A stretch of DNA of 46,830 bases from NCBI GenBank assembly GCA_034722435.1, contig JAYENX010000010.1:1-46830 (forward strand). Reading direction: 5' to 3'. The notes beneath the pieces are model-generated. The model did no database searches, was not told where the DNA came from, and saw only the letters and a program-made list of their open reading frames with translations. Below are positions 35,274-44,970 of the stretch, one piece after another. The first letter of the stretch is position 1, and each line of letters starts with the position of its first letter. The translations under genes and the position numbers were made by a program. This DNA comes from Nanobdellota archaeon (lineage in GTDB: Archaea > Nanobdellota > Nanobdellia > Woesearchaeales > JAHWHD01).

Positions 35274-36554
35274 ATGGTGAAAATCTATCTTGAGACTTAC
35301 GGATGTAGTTTGAATAATTCAGATTCAGAGGTTATGGCGGGTTTGCTTAAGGAGGCTGGGTTTGAGATTGTTCATGATTTGGAGAGTAGTGATCTTTGCA
35401 TTCTTAATTCTTGTATTGTGAAATCCCCTACAGAGGATAAGATCGTTCATAGGCTTAAAGAGATTAAAGCTAAAAAGCAAGTAATCTTGGCAGGTTGTTT
35501 ACCTCAGGCAAGACCTGAAAAGTTTGTTGATGTTTCTAAGATTGGCACTTATCAAGTAAATAATATTCTTGATGTTGTGAATGCAACTCTTGCTGGGCAT
35601 ATCGTTACACTTGTAGCACAAGAGGATAATGAACGATTGAATCTTCCAGTAATTAGAAAGAGCGAGTTTGTTGAAATAATTCCCATATGTAGAGGGTGTT
35701 TAGGTAAGTGTACTTATTGTATTACTCAGAAAGCTCGAGGGAAGTTAAGATCTTATTCTGTTGAAGATATAGTTGAGCAAGCAGAACGGGCTGTTGATAA
35801 TGGTGTGAAACAGATATGGTTAACTGCTCAGGATTGTGGTGCGTATGGAAAAGATATAGGAAGTAATCTCGTATTACTATTACAACGACTTGTGAAAATT
35901 GATGGTGATTTTATGATTCGTGTAGGGATGATGAACCCCGATCATACACTTGAAATTGCTGATGAACTTATCGAAGTTTTTATGGATAAAAAAATATTTG
36001 AGTTTTTTCATATGCCTGTTCAGGCGGGCAATGATAAAGTTTTGAAACTTATGAAACGGAAGTATAAAGTTCAACAGTTTAAAGATTTGGTTAAAAAGAT
36101 TAAAGGAATTTTGAAGCATAGTACTATAGCTACAGATATTATCTGTGGTTTTCCTGGAGAAACTAAGGACCAGTTCAAGGATTCTTTAAATTTAATAGAT
36201 GAACTTAAACCTGATGTTTTGAATATTTCTCGGTACTGGAAACGGGCTGGTACATTGTCGGCAAAGATGAAACAGTTACCTCCTCGAGTTATCAAGGAAC
36301 GGAGTAAAGCTATGACTGTAATGTTTCATAAAAAAGCTATGGAACGAAACACGGACTGGCTTAATTGGCGTGGTGATGTGTTTATATCTGAGAAAGGAAC
36401 GATTGATGGGTCGTATCAAGGACGTAACTTTGCCTATAAACCTGTAGTGGTGTTATCTCATGAGAATTTAGTTGGTAAGACTGTTTATGTTAAGGTTATT
36501 GATGTGGGTAAGTTTGATTTGAAAGCAAAGATAATAAAAAAGGAAGAAAATTGA
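35274..36554 (+). CDS. tRNA t6A37 methylthiotransferase (archaeal MtaB/CDKAL1-type radical SAM)
   Basis: ETYGCSLN, NSC (UPF0004); CRGCLGKCTYC; RVGMMNP; TDIICGFPGET; C-terminal TRAM. Confidence 0.9.
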   Translation: MVKIYLETYGCSLNNSDSEVMAGLLKEAGFEIVHDLESSDLCILNSCIVKSPTEDKIVHRLKEIKAKKQVILAGCLPQARPEKFVDVSKIGTYQVNNILDVVNATLAGHIVTLVAQEDNERLNLPVIRKSEFVEIIPICRGCLGKCTYCITQKARGKLRSYSVEDIVEQAERAVDNGVKQIWLTAQDCGAYGKDIGSNLVLLLQRLVKIDGDFMIRVGMMNPDHTLEIADELIEVFMDKKIFEFFHMPVQAGNDKVLKLMKRKYKVQQFKDLVKKIKGILKHSTIATDIICGFPGETKDQFKDSLNLIDELKPDVLNISRYWKRAGTLSAKMKQLPPRVIKERSKAMTVMFHKKAMERNTDWLNWRGDVFISEKGTIDGSYQGRNFAYKPVVVLSHENLVGKTVYVKVIDVGKFDLKAKIIKKEEN

Positions 36555-36571
36555 ATCTTATTACTTTTGGA

Positions 36572-37081
36572 TTATGTGAATTTTAAAACTGCAAGTCCGT
36601 AGTCGTGCCAATCTTTACTATTTTTGGCAATTTCTTGTGCTGTTTTTTGGTCTAAATCACAGACCATTGTTGCGCATTGCGGTTGTGAATAAGCGCCAAA
36701 GTATCTTAAGTCGAGTCCACTATTTTGTAATGGGTGGAGTAAACATCCTATATGTTCTTCGTCTGTATATCCTAAGAATACGCAAGGTCTTACAATGGTT
36801 TTATCTTTGTCAATTATTTCCATGTCCTGTTCTTCTTTTTTCAATATTTCTTCTATTTCTTGAATTATTTCAGTTATTTTTCCGGGATTATTTGGTAAAT
36901 TGTTTGCTAGTTTATTGTAGACTAGTGTTCTTTTTTTTAGGATGTTATCTAAATTTGTTCTAGAATTATCTTTGAAGTCATAGATTCCGCAACATGCACC
37001 GCATGAAATGTTTTGTCTAGGTCTACAGTGTGCTGTTAATTCTGTTTTAACATAAAATGATCCGAATTGGTGATTTTTCAT
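36572..37081 (-). CDS. Uncharacterised Cys-cluster protein
   Basis: C..SCGACCGIY, PCVFLGY, GCLLHP, C..MVC. Confidence 0.65.
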   Translation of the reverse strand: MKNHQFGSFYVKTELTAHCRPRQNISCGACCGIYDFKDNSRTNLDNILKKRTLVYNKLANNLPNNPGKITEIIQEIEEILKKEEQDMEIIDKDKTIVRPCVFLGYTDEEHIGCLLHPLQNSGLDLRYFGAYSQPQCATMVCDLDQKTAQEIAKNSKDWHDYGLAVLKFT

Positions 37082-37178
37082 AAATATGCTGGTGTATATG
37101 TTTTATATATATTGTTTTGTGTTTTAGAATTTATATTATTTAGTTTGGTAAGAAAGAAATAAAGTAAAAAAATTAAAT

Positions 37179-38009
37179 TTATTCTGTTGCTAAATCTGAC
37201 TGTCTTCTAAGAGTTCCTGATCTTAGCCCGATGATGCTGGCCAGCCTCTCAAGCTTGGAAGCTTTTGGTTCTGCACTATTTGCTGATGCACGTACTGAAT
37301 TTGCGAAAGCTTCGTCGTAACCTTTTTGTTCTGGATCGTCATTAGGTTCTGGGAAATCATCAGGGCCTGTTCCTTCTTCTTGAGCATATGGTGTAGCTAT
37401 AAGTTTTCTTGCAAGTTCTGGTACTTGGAATGAATTTCCAATTCTTCCTGTTAGTCCTGATTCTTTTTGGGTTTCACTAAGTGATCCATTATGTATTGCT
37501 GTTTTACCGTATATTTTGTCAGTTGATTGTAATGAACCCATTAGAGATAAATATCCGACAGCCATACCTATTGCTACTTTTTTCAAAACTTTGTAAAAAT
37601 TAGATTGTGTTGGTGTATTTTGAGCACCTGCTCTGTTTTGAGAGGGGGTGGTTTCAACATTATCTTCTAGCTTTATTTTTGTGGATCCGTAAGGTTTACC
37701 TACAAGTACAAAGTTAGGATTTTCTTGTTCGTATATTGTATTTGGATTTTTTTCTTCTTGTACTCTGTTTTCAGGACTTTCTCTAGAGAATTCCCATGCA
37801 TCTCTAATACATGCTCTGTATTGAGAATCAACAGTGTCTGTCGCATTAATGTCTGGATTTGTACTTTCGCTTGGCGTATATGGTTCACCTACCATAATTG
37901 CGTTTGCAGGCGCATAAGGAGAGCCAACTAGTTTAAAATTTATTGGTGTATATTGTTTTCCGATCATTTTGAATTCTTTTGTTTGATTTTTATCAGTTTT
38001 TTCAGTCAT
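37179..38009 (-). CDS. Hypothetical single-pass membrane protein with N-terminal (V/I)GxPY repeats
   Basis: Hydrophobic segment VAIGMAVGYLSLMG after a basic patch; low-complexity flanks. Confidence 0.6.
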   Translation of the reverse strand: MTEKTDKNQTKEFKMIGKQYTPINFKLVGSPYAPANAIMVGEPYTPSESTNPDINATDTVDSQYRACIRDAWEFSRESPENRVQEEKNPNTIYEQENPNFVLVGKPYGSTKIKLEDNVETTPSQNRAGAQNTPTQSNFYKVLKKVAIGMAVGYLSLMGSLQSTDKIYGKTAIHNGSLSETQKESGLTGRIGNSFQVPELARKLIATPYAQEEGTGPDDFPEPNDDPEQKGYDEAFANSVRASANSAEPKASKLERLASIIGLRSGTLRRQSDLATE

Positions 38010-38316
38010 TTTTTCTATAACCTCCTTGATGAATTGTTATGTTTCGTACTGTAGTAGTAGTGAATTATGAAGTATATAAATCTTTCGATATTATTTTCAT
38101 ATTTGAGTTTTTAAATGGTTTTATCCAGAATTGTGTTTTTATTTATAAACTGTTATTTGTTTTTAATGTTGTTTTATGTATTGTTTTTATGTACTTAAAA
38201 TGATTTTATAGTGTGTTATAGTAAGTTTTATAAACGGCTTGAGCTTCTTTGCAAAAAGAGAGAGATAGAGAGAATGGGGTGTAAACATTTTCTCAGTTAA
38301 TGAAAACTGTTTTAAA

Positions 38317-38676
38317 ATGACTAAAACTATTAAAATGAAGCCATTATTGCCTTCTTTAAAAGAAAAGAAGAGATATTTGGTTTTTGAAGTTATGTCTGAG
38401 TCCAAGTTTGACTTTGAATTAGTTTCAAGGTCTATGAAAAAGACGTTTAATAGTTTTTTAGGTGAAATTGGCATGGCTAAAGCAGGTGCTTACATAATGC
38501 CTGAAAAATGGAACAAGTCAAAACAAAAAGGTGTAATAAGATTGAACCATGATATGCTGGATGAAATTAGAGCTGCGCTTACATTGGTGAAAGATTTCAA
38601 TGGAGTTGAGGTTTTAATTCAGAGTGTAGGTGTATCTGGGATATTAAAAAAAGCAGAATTGAAATTCATGAGGTGA
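38317..38676 (+). CDS. rnp2: RNase P protein component Pop5/Rpp14
   Basis: LPSLKEKKRYLVFEV, LGEIG, GVSGILKKA; first gene of the proteasome/exosome operon. Confidence 0.9.
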   Translation: MTKTIKMKPLLPSLKEKKRYLVFEVMSESKFDFELVSRSMKKTFNSFLGEIGMAKAGAYIMPEKWNKSKQKGVIRLNHDMLDEIRAALTLVKDFNGVEVLIQSVGVSGILKKAELKFMR

Positions 38677-38683
38677 AAAAAAA

Positions 38684-39418
38684 ATGGTGGAAGCAATGAC
38701 AAATCAAATGATGGGATATGATAGGGCAATTACAATGTTTAGTCCTGATGGTAGACTCTTACAGGTAGAGTATGCTAGAAAAATGGTAAAGTTAGGAAAT
38801 ACAGCTCTAGGTATGGTCTGTAAAGATGGTGTTGTGATAGTTGTAGATAGAAGAATTGTTGATAATCTTATAGTTATCAAGTCAGTAGAGAAGATTATGC
38901 AGATTGATGATCATATTGGTGCGACAGTATCTGGAAGTTTGAGTGATGGAAGAGTTTTAGTTGAGAGATCGCAGGTAAAAGCTCAGCAACATAAGGTTAC
39001 TTATGACACTCCAATTGATACTTTGACAATTGTAAAAGATGTTTGTGACCTTAAACAGGTTTGTACGCAGTCAGGAGGGTTAAGACCTTTTGGTGTATCT
39101 TTGCTTATTGGAGGGGTAGATGATTCTCCTAAACTTTTTGTGACTGAACCTTCAGGAATTTATTTCCAGTATCTTGCAACCGCTATAGGCGAGGGTGAGA
39201 TTGAGGTTGGAGATTTTCTTCATAAAGAGTATAAAGAAGGTCTTTCAGTTGAGGAAGGTGTTAAGTTAGGGGTTAAAGCTCTTTACAAATTTATTGGAAA
39301 AGAGCTTACTGCTGATAGGTTAGATTGTGCTTTTATTAAGACTGATAATCAGAAGTTCCTTAAAGTGACACGAGACAAGCTTGATAAAGTGTTGAAAGAA
39401 GTGAAGAAGGGTAAATAA
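38684..39418 (+). CDS. psmA: Proteasome alpha subunit
   Basis: GYDRAITMFSPDGRLLQVEYA, RPFGVSLL. Confidence 0.97.
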   Translation: MVEAMTNQMMGYDRAITMFSPDGRLLQVEYARKMVKLGNTALGMVCKDGVVIVVDRRIVDNLIVIKSVEKIMQIDDHIGATVSGSLSDGRVLVERSQVKAQQHKVTYDTPIDTLTIVKDVCDLKQVCTQSGGLRPFGVSLLIGGVDDSPKLFVTEPSGIYFQYLATAIGEGEIEVGDFLHKEYKEGLSVEEGVKLGVKALYKFIGKELTADRLDCAFIKTDNQKFLKVTRDKLDKVLKEVKKGK

Positions 39419-39476
39419 AACGTTGTAGAAATCTTTTTGATTTCTTAGTGTCAAAATCCATGAGGTGAATTTTAAT

Positions 39477-40196
39477 ATGCCAAAAATAACTTACGAAAAG
39501 GAGAGAATACATTTAAACCTTGCAAGGATTAAGAAAGGTGGCGAGGTTTTTGAGATTGATGTAGATCCTGATTTAGCTGTAGAGTTCAAAGAGGGAAAAG
39601 ATGTTGATATTAAGGATGTATTGAAAGCTGAGAAAGTTTTTGCAGATGCAAAGAAAGGTCTTCTTGCGTCTGAAGAAAGGATGCAGAGTATATTCGGTAC
39701 ATTGGATGTTCTTGAAGTTGCAAAGATTATTATCTCTGATGGCGAAATTCAGCTTACAGCCGAGCATAGACAAAAAGTAAGAGATGCTAAGCGTAAAAGG
39801 ATAGTTGAAATCATAAGAAAAAATGGTGTTGACCCTAGAACTCATCTTCCGCACCCTTTGCAAAGGATAGAGAACGCTTTTGAAGAAGCAAAAATTAAGA
39901 TTGATGAGTTTGTTCATGAGGAAAAACAAGTACAGGAGATACTTAAAAAGTTACGACCTATACTTCCAATCAAGTTTGAAGTGAAAGAGATTGAAGTATT
40001 GCTTGAATCTGAGCATGCTAGTAAGGCTTATCCTGTTGTGAAAAGTTTTGGTAAGTTGCTAGCAAATGAGTGGCGTAATGATGGTTCATGGAGATGTGTG
40101 ATTGAGATTCCTGCAGGATTGCAGGAAGAGTTTTTTGATAAACTGAATTCAATGACGCATGGTAATGTTCAAACTAAAATACTAAATTCGAGGTAG
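39477..40196 (+). CDS. Ribosome maturation factor SBDS
   Basis: ARIKKGGEVFEI, GEIQLTAEHR, DPRTHLPHP, LRPILPIKFE; ATG 39477. Confidence 0.94.
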   Translation: MPKITYEKERIHLNLARIKKGGEVFEIDVDPDLAVEFKEGKDVDIKDVLKAEKVFADAKKGLLASEERMQSIFGTLDVLEVAKIIISDGEIQLTAEHRQKVRDAKRKRIVEIIRKNGVDPRTHLPHPLQRIENAFEEAKIKIDEFVHEEKQVQEILKKLRPILPIKFEVKEIEVLLESEHASKAYPVVKSFGKLLANEWRNDGSWRCVIEIPAGLQEEFFDKLNSMTHGNVQTKILNSR

Positions 40197-40197
40197 A

Positions 40198-40905
40198 ATG
40201 AAAATGGGAAATTTAATTGCAAAAGAAAAAACTATTGTTGTCCCTGGCGAAGTTTTAGCAGATGGTATGGATTATATACCTGGCTTTAACACATATCGTG
40301 AGGGCGAAAAAGTACTTGCATGTAAACTTGGTTTAATGCAAGTAGAAGGAAGAGCAATCAAACTGATACCTTTATCAGGTAAGTATAATCCTAAAACTGG
40401 AGATACTATTATTGGTAAAGTCATTGATGTTTTGTTCAGTGGTTGGAGAATTGAGACCAATTCTGCTTACTCTGCAATGTTGCCTTTGAAAGACGCAACT
40501 TCAGAGTTTATTGCTAGAGGTGCAGATCTTACAAGGTACTATAATTTTGGTGATTATGTTGTTGCAAAGATTACAAATGTAACATCACAAAATTTGGTAG
40601 ACTTAACAATGAAAGGGCCTGGTTTAAGAAAGTTAAATGGTGGAAGAGTTATTGAGGTTTCACCTTACAAAGTCCCACGAATTATAGGTAAAAAAGGTAG
40701 CATGGTTTCAATGATTAAAGATGCTACTGGTTGCCGAATTGTGGTTGGCCAGAATGGTTTAGTCTGGATACAAGGAGATAATCCTGCTAAAATGGTAGTT
40801 GCTATTAAGACTATTAGAAAGATTGAGGCTGAATCGCACATATCTGGATTAACTGATGTTATTAAAGTGTATCTGGAGAATGAGACAAAAGGTGAACAAA
40901 AATGA
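40198..40905 (+). CDS. rrp4: Exosome RNA-binding subunit Rrp4
   Basis: IVVPGE, YNPKTGD (S1), VPRIIGKKGSM, GQNG (KH). Confidence 0.95.
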   Translation: MKMGNLIAKEKTIVVPGEVLADGMDYIPGFNTYREGEKVLACKLGLMQVEGRAIKLIPLSGKYNPKTGDTIIGKVIDVLFSGWRIETNSAYSAMLPLKDATSEFIARGADLTRYYNFGDYVVAKITNVTSQNLVDLTMKGPGLRKLNGGRVIEVSPYKVPRIIGKKGSMVSMIKDATGCRIVVGQNGLVWIQGDNPAKMVVAIKTIRKIEAESHISGLTDVIKVYLENETKGEQK

Positions 40906-41618
40906 GTTATGCTAAACGATTTGACGGAAGAAAATTTGAAGAAATGCGTCCTATGGAAGCAAAAGTGGGAGTTGTTAAACGGGCAGTAGGTTCTGCAATG
41001 TTTAAGATTGGTAATACAATAGCTATAGCTGCTGTTTATGGACCAAGAACAATGTTTCCAAGATTTTTACAAAATCCTGAGAAAGGTGTTTTAAGATGTT
41101 ATTATAATATGATGCCTTTTAGTTGTGGTGATCGAGTAAGACCTGGTGGTGGAAGAAGAAGTAAAGAACTTTCAATGGTTATTCAGAAAGCTATTGCGCC
41201 AATAGTGGATTTACACGATTTTCCAAATTCGGTAGTGGATGTTTTTATTGAATTTCCGCAAACTGATTCAGGTACGAGATGTGCAGGAATTTGTGCAGCT
41301 TCAATGGCACTTGCAGATGCAGGTATCCCTATGAAAGATCTTGTGAGTTCAATCGCTGTTGGAAAAGTGGGCGATGCGCTTGTAACAGATCTTACAAAGA
41401 AAGAAGAAGATTTTGAGGAAGGTGCAGTTGATATTGCAACAGCTTATCTTCCAAATTCTGATAAGTTTACATTACTTCAACTTGATGGAGAAATAACTCC
41501 TGAAGAATTAAAGAAATGTTTAGTTCTTGCAAAAGACTCTTGTAAACAGATTTCAGAAATACAGAAACAGGCTTTGAAAGCAAAGTATGAAGCTAAGAAG
41601 GTGGTTGACAATGAATAA
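40902..41618 (+). CDS. rrp41: Exosome catalytic subunit Rrp41
   Basis: RFDGR..RP, AAVYGPR, RRSKE, DSGTRCAGI. Confidence 0.95.
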   Translation: MSYAKRFDGRKFEEMRPMEAKVGVVKRAVGSAMFKIGNTIAIAAVYGPRTMFPRFLQNPEKGVLRCYYNMMPFSCGDRVRPGGGRRSKELSMVIQKAIAPIVDLHDFPNSVVDVFIEFPQTDSGTRCAGICAASMALADAGIPMKDLVSSIAVGKVGDALVTDLTKKEEDFEEGAVDIATAYLPNSDKFTLLQLDGEITPEELKKCLVLAKDSCKQISEIQKQALKAKYEAKKVVDNE

Positions 41619-42393
41619 TGACGAAAAGAATTACTTTTTAAAATTGCTAAGTCAAGGTACCAGGTTTGATGGTAGAAAACTTGAAGAATTTAGAGGACCT
41701 ATCACTGTTGAATATGGTGCTGCAGGAAATGCAGAAGGTTCAGCAAGAGTTAAGATTGGTGGTACTGAAGTTTTGGCGGGTATTAAACTTGAGATAGGAA
41801 CTCCTTATCCGGATGCAGCTGATAAAGGGTCTATGATGATTGGTGTAGAATTATTGCCTTTGTCAAACCCTAAGTTTGAACCAGGACCTCCTAGTATACA
41901 AGCTATTGAACTTGCAAGAGTTGTAGATAGAGGTATCAGGGAAAGTCATACAATTGATATGAAAAAGCTTTGTATTACTCCTGGCGAGAAATCTTGGATG
42001 GTAGTAATTGATATCTGTCCTATCAATGATGAAGGTAACTTGTTTGATGCGTGTTCTCTGGCGGCAATGGCTGCATTGAAAGATTGCGTGTTCCCTGAAG
42101 TTAAGGATGGTAGAATTGTTCCTAAGTCAAAAACAAAGGAATCTTTGCCGGTCATGGATGAAACAATTGAATGTACAGTCTATAAAGCGGGCGATTTTCT
42201 TTTTGTGGATCCTACAACTGAAGAAGAACATTTGTATGATTCAAGATTGACAATTGCCATGAAAAAGGATGGTACAGTTTGTGCTTTACAGAAAGGCGGT
42301 GAAGATGGTTTGACACCTGAAGACATTGCTAAGATGCTAGATATAGCTTCTGAAAAGATATCCTTGATGAGAAAAGCGTTAAAGGTGAATTAA
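41611..42393 (+). CDS. rrp42: Exosome subunit Rrp42
   Basis: [43 protein letters not shown]; ATG 41611. Confidence 0.95.
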   Translation: MNNDEKNYFLKLLSQGTRFDGRKLEEFRGPITVEYGAAGNAEGSARVKIGGTEVLAGIKLEIGTPYPDAADKGSMMIGVELLPLSNPKFEPGPPSIQAIELARVVDRGIRESHTIDMKKLCITPGEKSWMVVIDICPINDEGNLFDACSLAAMAALKDCVFPEVKDGRIVPKSKTKESLPVMDETIECTVYKAGDFLFVDPTTEEEHLYDSRLTIAMKKDGTVCALQKGGEDGLTPEDIAKMLDIASEKISLMRKALKVN

Positions 42394-42394
42394 A

Positions 42395-42643
42395 ATGGCT
42401 GAAGCAGAAATGCGTTATACTAAGTATGAGAAAGCGAGAATGATTGGTAGTAGAGCGTTACAGATTGCAATGGGTGCACCATTTTTGATAAAGCTTGATG
42501 AAAGTGACCTTGAGGAGTTAAATTATAATCCTTTAGAGATTGCTAAACTTGAGTTTGACGCAGGAGTGATACCTTTAACAATTAAGAGACCTTTACCTGA
42601 AGTTGAAGGTTATTCTGAAGGCGAAGAGAAAAAGGAAGAATAA
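42395..42643 (+). CDS. rpoK: RNA polymerase subunit Rpo6 (RpoK)
   Basis: [32 protein letters not shown]. Confidence 0.95.
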   Translation: MAEAEMRYTKYEKARMIGSRALQIAMGAPFLIKLDESDLEELNYNPLEIAKLEFDAGVIPLTIKRPLPEVEGYSEGEEKKEE

Positions 42644-42698
42644 TTTTTATTTTTTTTAATACTTTTTTTATTTTTGATGTTTTTAAATGATTTTTAAG

Positions 42699-42974
42699 AT
42701 GAAAGAGATAACTAAAGAGAAACTTGAAAAGTATTTTGATGTTACTTCTAGGGCTTTAGATATGGCTAAAAAATCGGGTAATCGTACCTCAATCGACAGA
42801 GCTGATATAGTTGATATGGTTGAAAGGTATTTGAGTGATGCAAAACATTTCTTTTCTAAAGATGATTATGTGAATGCTTTTGCTGCGCTTAACTATGCAC
42901 ACGGATGGTTAGATTGTTCGGCTAGGTTAGGGATATTCGATGTTCATGACAGCAAGTTGTTTACTGTTGACTAG
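42699..42974 (+). CDS. DUF357 domain protein
   Basis: YLSDAKHF..DYVNAFAALNYAHGWLD..ARLGIF. Confidence 0.9.
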   Translation: MKEITKEKLEKYFDVTSRALDMAKKSGNRTSIDRADIVDMVERYLSDAKHFFSKDDYVNAFAALNYAHGWLDCSARLGIFDVHDSKLFTVD

Positions 42975-43029
42975 TAAGCTTATGATTGATTAGAAAAATT
43001 TATTAATTTGAAAATTAATTTCTATTTTT

Positions 43030-43371
43030 ATGTTAAAAGAATATCAAAAATTGTGTAAGCTTTCAGCTAAATCTTTCAAAACACCAGAGAAAGAGATTTT
43101 TACTTGGGGTTTAGGTATTGCTGGAGAGGCTGGGGATGTAGCGTCGTGTATAAAGAAAACTTTTGTACACGATAATGATAAACGTGAAGGCATAAAAGAA
43201 AATATAGGGGATACTTTGTGGTATGCTGCAATGATCTGTAACTATTTTGGGTGGGAGCTTGAAGATATAATGAAAGCTAACCTTGAAAAGTTAAAGAAAA
43301 GGTATCCTGAAGGGTTTACTATTAAAGATGCTCAACGCGAAGGTAAGATGATAGATTGGAACGAGTCTTAG
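43030..43371 (+). CDS. MazG-like nucleoside triphosphate pyrophosphohydrolase
   Basis: LGIAGEAGDV, ENIGDTLWY, NLEKLKKRYPEGF. Confidence 0.85.
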   Translation: MLKEYQKLCKLSAKSFKTPEKEIFTWGLGIAGEAGDVASCIKKTFVHDNDKREGIKENIGDTLWYAAMICNYFGWELEDIMKANLEKLKKRYPEGFTIKDAQREGKMIDWNES

Positions 43372-43397
43372 GTTTATTATATTATTATTTTTATTAT

Positions 43398-44393
43398 TTA
43401 TATTTTTTTTTCAACTCTTGGATATGTTCCTCTTAACATGAATACTTTAGAAGTTTTTACAGCTAATCCTTTACTTTTTTTAATCATGTCTTTAGATATC
43501 ATTTTAACTTTGCCAATACATATAAGTTCGTTCTTAAGACTCATTATTGCTACAAGCTCGTCTATTTGAATATCCGATTCGACTGAAACAACTCCTGGTA
43601 CATGAAGGTTAGCACCGTGGCATAATGAATCAACAGTTGTATCAAGAACCCATATTTTAGGTAGGTGACGGACTCCGTTTTCAATTGGTTGGATAATCTT
43701 TTTTAACCATTTATCTGTGCCTTTGTTTTTATAGAACCAGAATGCATCTTTTAAATCGGTAAGTGATGATAAAGATGTTTCGTTGAATGGACCTGCTTTA
43801 CTTCTTCTTAGCTCTGCCATGTGTGCACCTGTACCAAGTTTTTGTCCAATATCGTGCATAAGTTTTCTTATATATGTACCTGCTTGGCAGCCTATAATCA
43901 TTAGAACGTCTTGATCGGTTTGTTCAAGGATTTCTAAATAGTATATTTTTCTATATCTCCATTGTCTTTTAACAGCAGACTTTATTGGTGGGAGTTGTTT
44001 AATTTTTCCAATGAAATGTTCTTTGATAACTTTTTTAACAGTTTCTTCGTCAATTAATTTGTGAAGGTGCATTATTGCTATGTATTCTTTACCCGCAGGA
44101 AGAAGTGCTTGGACGATTCTTGTACCGCGGCCCATAGCTACAGGTAGTACTCCGGTTACTTTTGGGTCGAGGGTGCCTGAATGGCCACTTTTTTTAATAC
44201 CTAGAATATGTTTAACATATGCAGAGACTTGGTGTGATGTTGGACCTTTAGGTTTATCAACATTAATGATTCCGTAGTCTAGAATTTCTTCGGTTGTTCT
44301 GTTTTCAGGGGCTTTACCAAATTTAGGGGATGTTTTAGCTTGTTGTCTAGTAAATACTTCTCTTTTTATCCTTTCAAATGGTAGACCGTTCAT
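43398..44393 (-). CDS. cbf5: H/ACA RNP / tRNA pseudouridine synthase Cbf5
   Basis: DKPKGPTSHQV, GHSGTLDP, GTYIRKL, C-terminal PUA. Confidence 0.95.
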   Translation of the reverse strand: MNGLPFERIKREVFTRQQAKTSPKFGKAPENRTTEEILDYGIINVDKPKGPTSHQVSAYVKHILGIKKSGHSGTLDPKVTGVLPVAMGRGTRIVQALLPAGKEYIAIMHLHKLIDEETVKKVIKEHFIGKIKQLPPIKSAVKRQWRYRKIYYLEILEQTDQDVLMIIGCQAGTYIRKLMHDIGQKLGTGAHMAELRRSKAGPFNETSLSSLTDLKDAFWFYKNKGTDKWLKKIIQPIENGVRHLPKIWVLDTTVDSLCHGANLHVPGVVSVESDIQIDELVAIMSLKNELICIGKVKMISKDMIKKSKGLAVKTSKVFMLRGTYPRVEKKI

Positions 44394-44425
44394 ATAATTA
44401 AGAAATAATTGGTTTATTTAAAAAA

Positions 44426-44965
44426 TTACTCTTTTTTAGGTTCTTCTGAAGGTTTATTTTCTTTAGGAACAGGAGCTTCTTTTACTTCTTCCTTGTTTTC
44501 TTCTTTTGTTTCTACAGGTTTTGTTTCTTCTTTAGGTGTTTCTTTTTTCTCTTCAACAGGTTTTGTTTCTTCTTTTGGAGTTTCTTTTGGTTCTTCTTTC
44601 TTCTGTTTTAAAGATTCGAGTTTTTTCTTAATTTCTTCCTTTTTCTTTTCCCTGTCTGTCATATCTTTTTTTGGAGCAGATTTCTTTTTTGGTTGTTTTT
44701 CAACTGGGGCTCCAACTATTTCTGCTTTAACAATACCTTCATCGTCCTTAGTAACGTTAATTTTTATATGGTGTGGCGGATTTTTAATGCCGCGTTCCCA
44801 GATTTTTAAATTTGCATATTTTCCAACTTTAATATTTTTAATATCAGTTTTCATATGTTTAGCTAAGAATTCTTTTAGAGCTCTGCCTGCCTTTTTCGCT
44901 CTTCTATAACGTGGAGCTTTAAGCCATTCGCTTCTCAGTGGTACATTATATGTTCTTTCTATCAT
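44426..44965 (-). CDS. rpl31e: Ribosomal protein eL31 with a long Glu/Lys/Pro/Thr-rich C-terminal extension
   Basis: ERTYNVPLR..APRYRRAKKA..IWERGIKNPP. Confidence 0.93.
   Translation of the reverse strand: MIERTYNVPLRSEWLKAPRYRRAKKAGRALKEFLAKHMKTDIKNIKVGKYANLKIWERGIKNPPHHIKINVTKDDEGIVKAEIVGAPVEKQPKKKSAPKKDMTDREKKKEEIKKKLESLKQKKEEPKETPKEETKPVEEKKETPKEETKPVETKEENKEEVKEAPVPKENKPSEEPKKE
44524..44571. repeat. 48-nt segment identical to 45531-45578; part of a 42-nt-period tandem repeat in the eL31 tail
   Basis: Exact base-by-base match; ACAGGTTTTGTTTCTTCTTT recurs at 44514 and 44556. Confidence 0.85.
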
Positions 44966-44970
44966 TTTGT

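Noticed and set aside
38236-38312. Possible hairpins upstream of pop5 (TCTTT-GCAA-AAAGA; GAGAGAATG/CATTTTCTC)
   Set aside because: Stems are A/U- and purine-tract-rich and partly overlap the expected TSS region; too weak to call without covariation
34924-43371. Two MazG-like genes (34924-35205 and 43030-43371) as a defence or toxin-antitoxin system
   Set aside because: 8 kb apart, each among housekeeping genes, with no toxin or other defence genes adjacent; most simply nucleotide sanitisation
44409-44909. 166-aa Phe/Ser-rich plus-strand ORF, and similar ORFs at 45379-45656
   Set aside because: Antisense or alternate-frame shadows of the Lys/Glu-rich eL31 and eS19 tails
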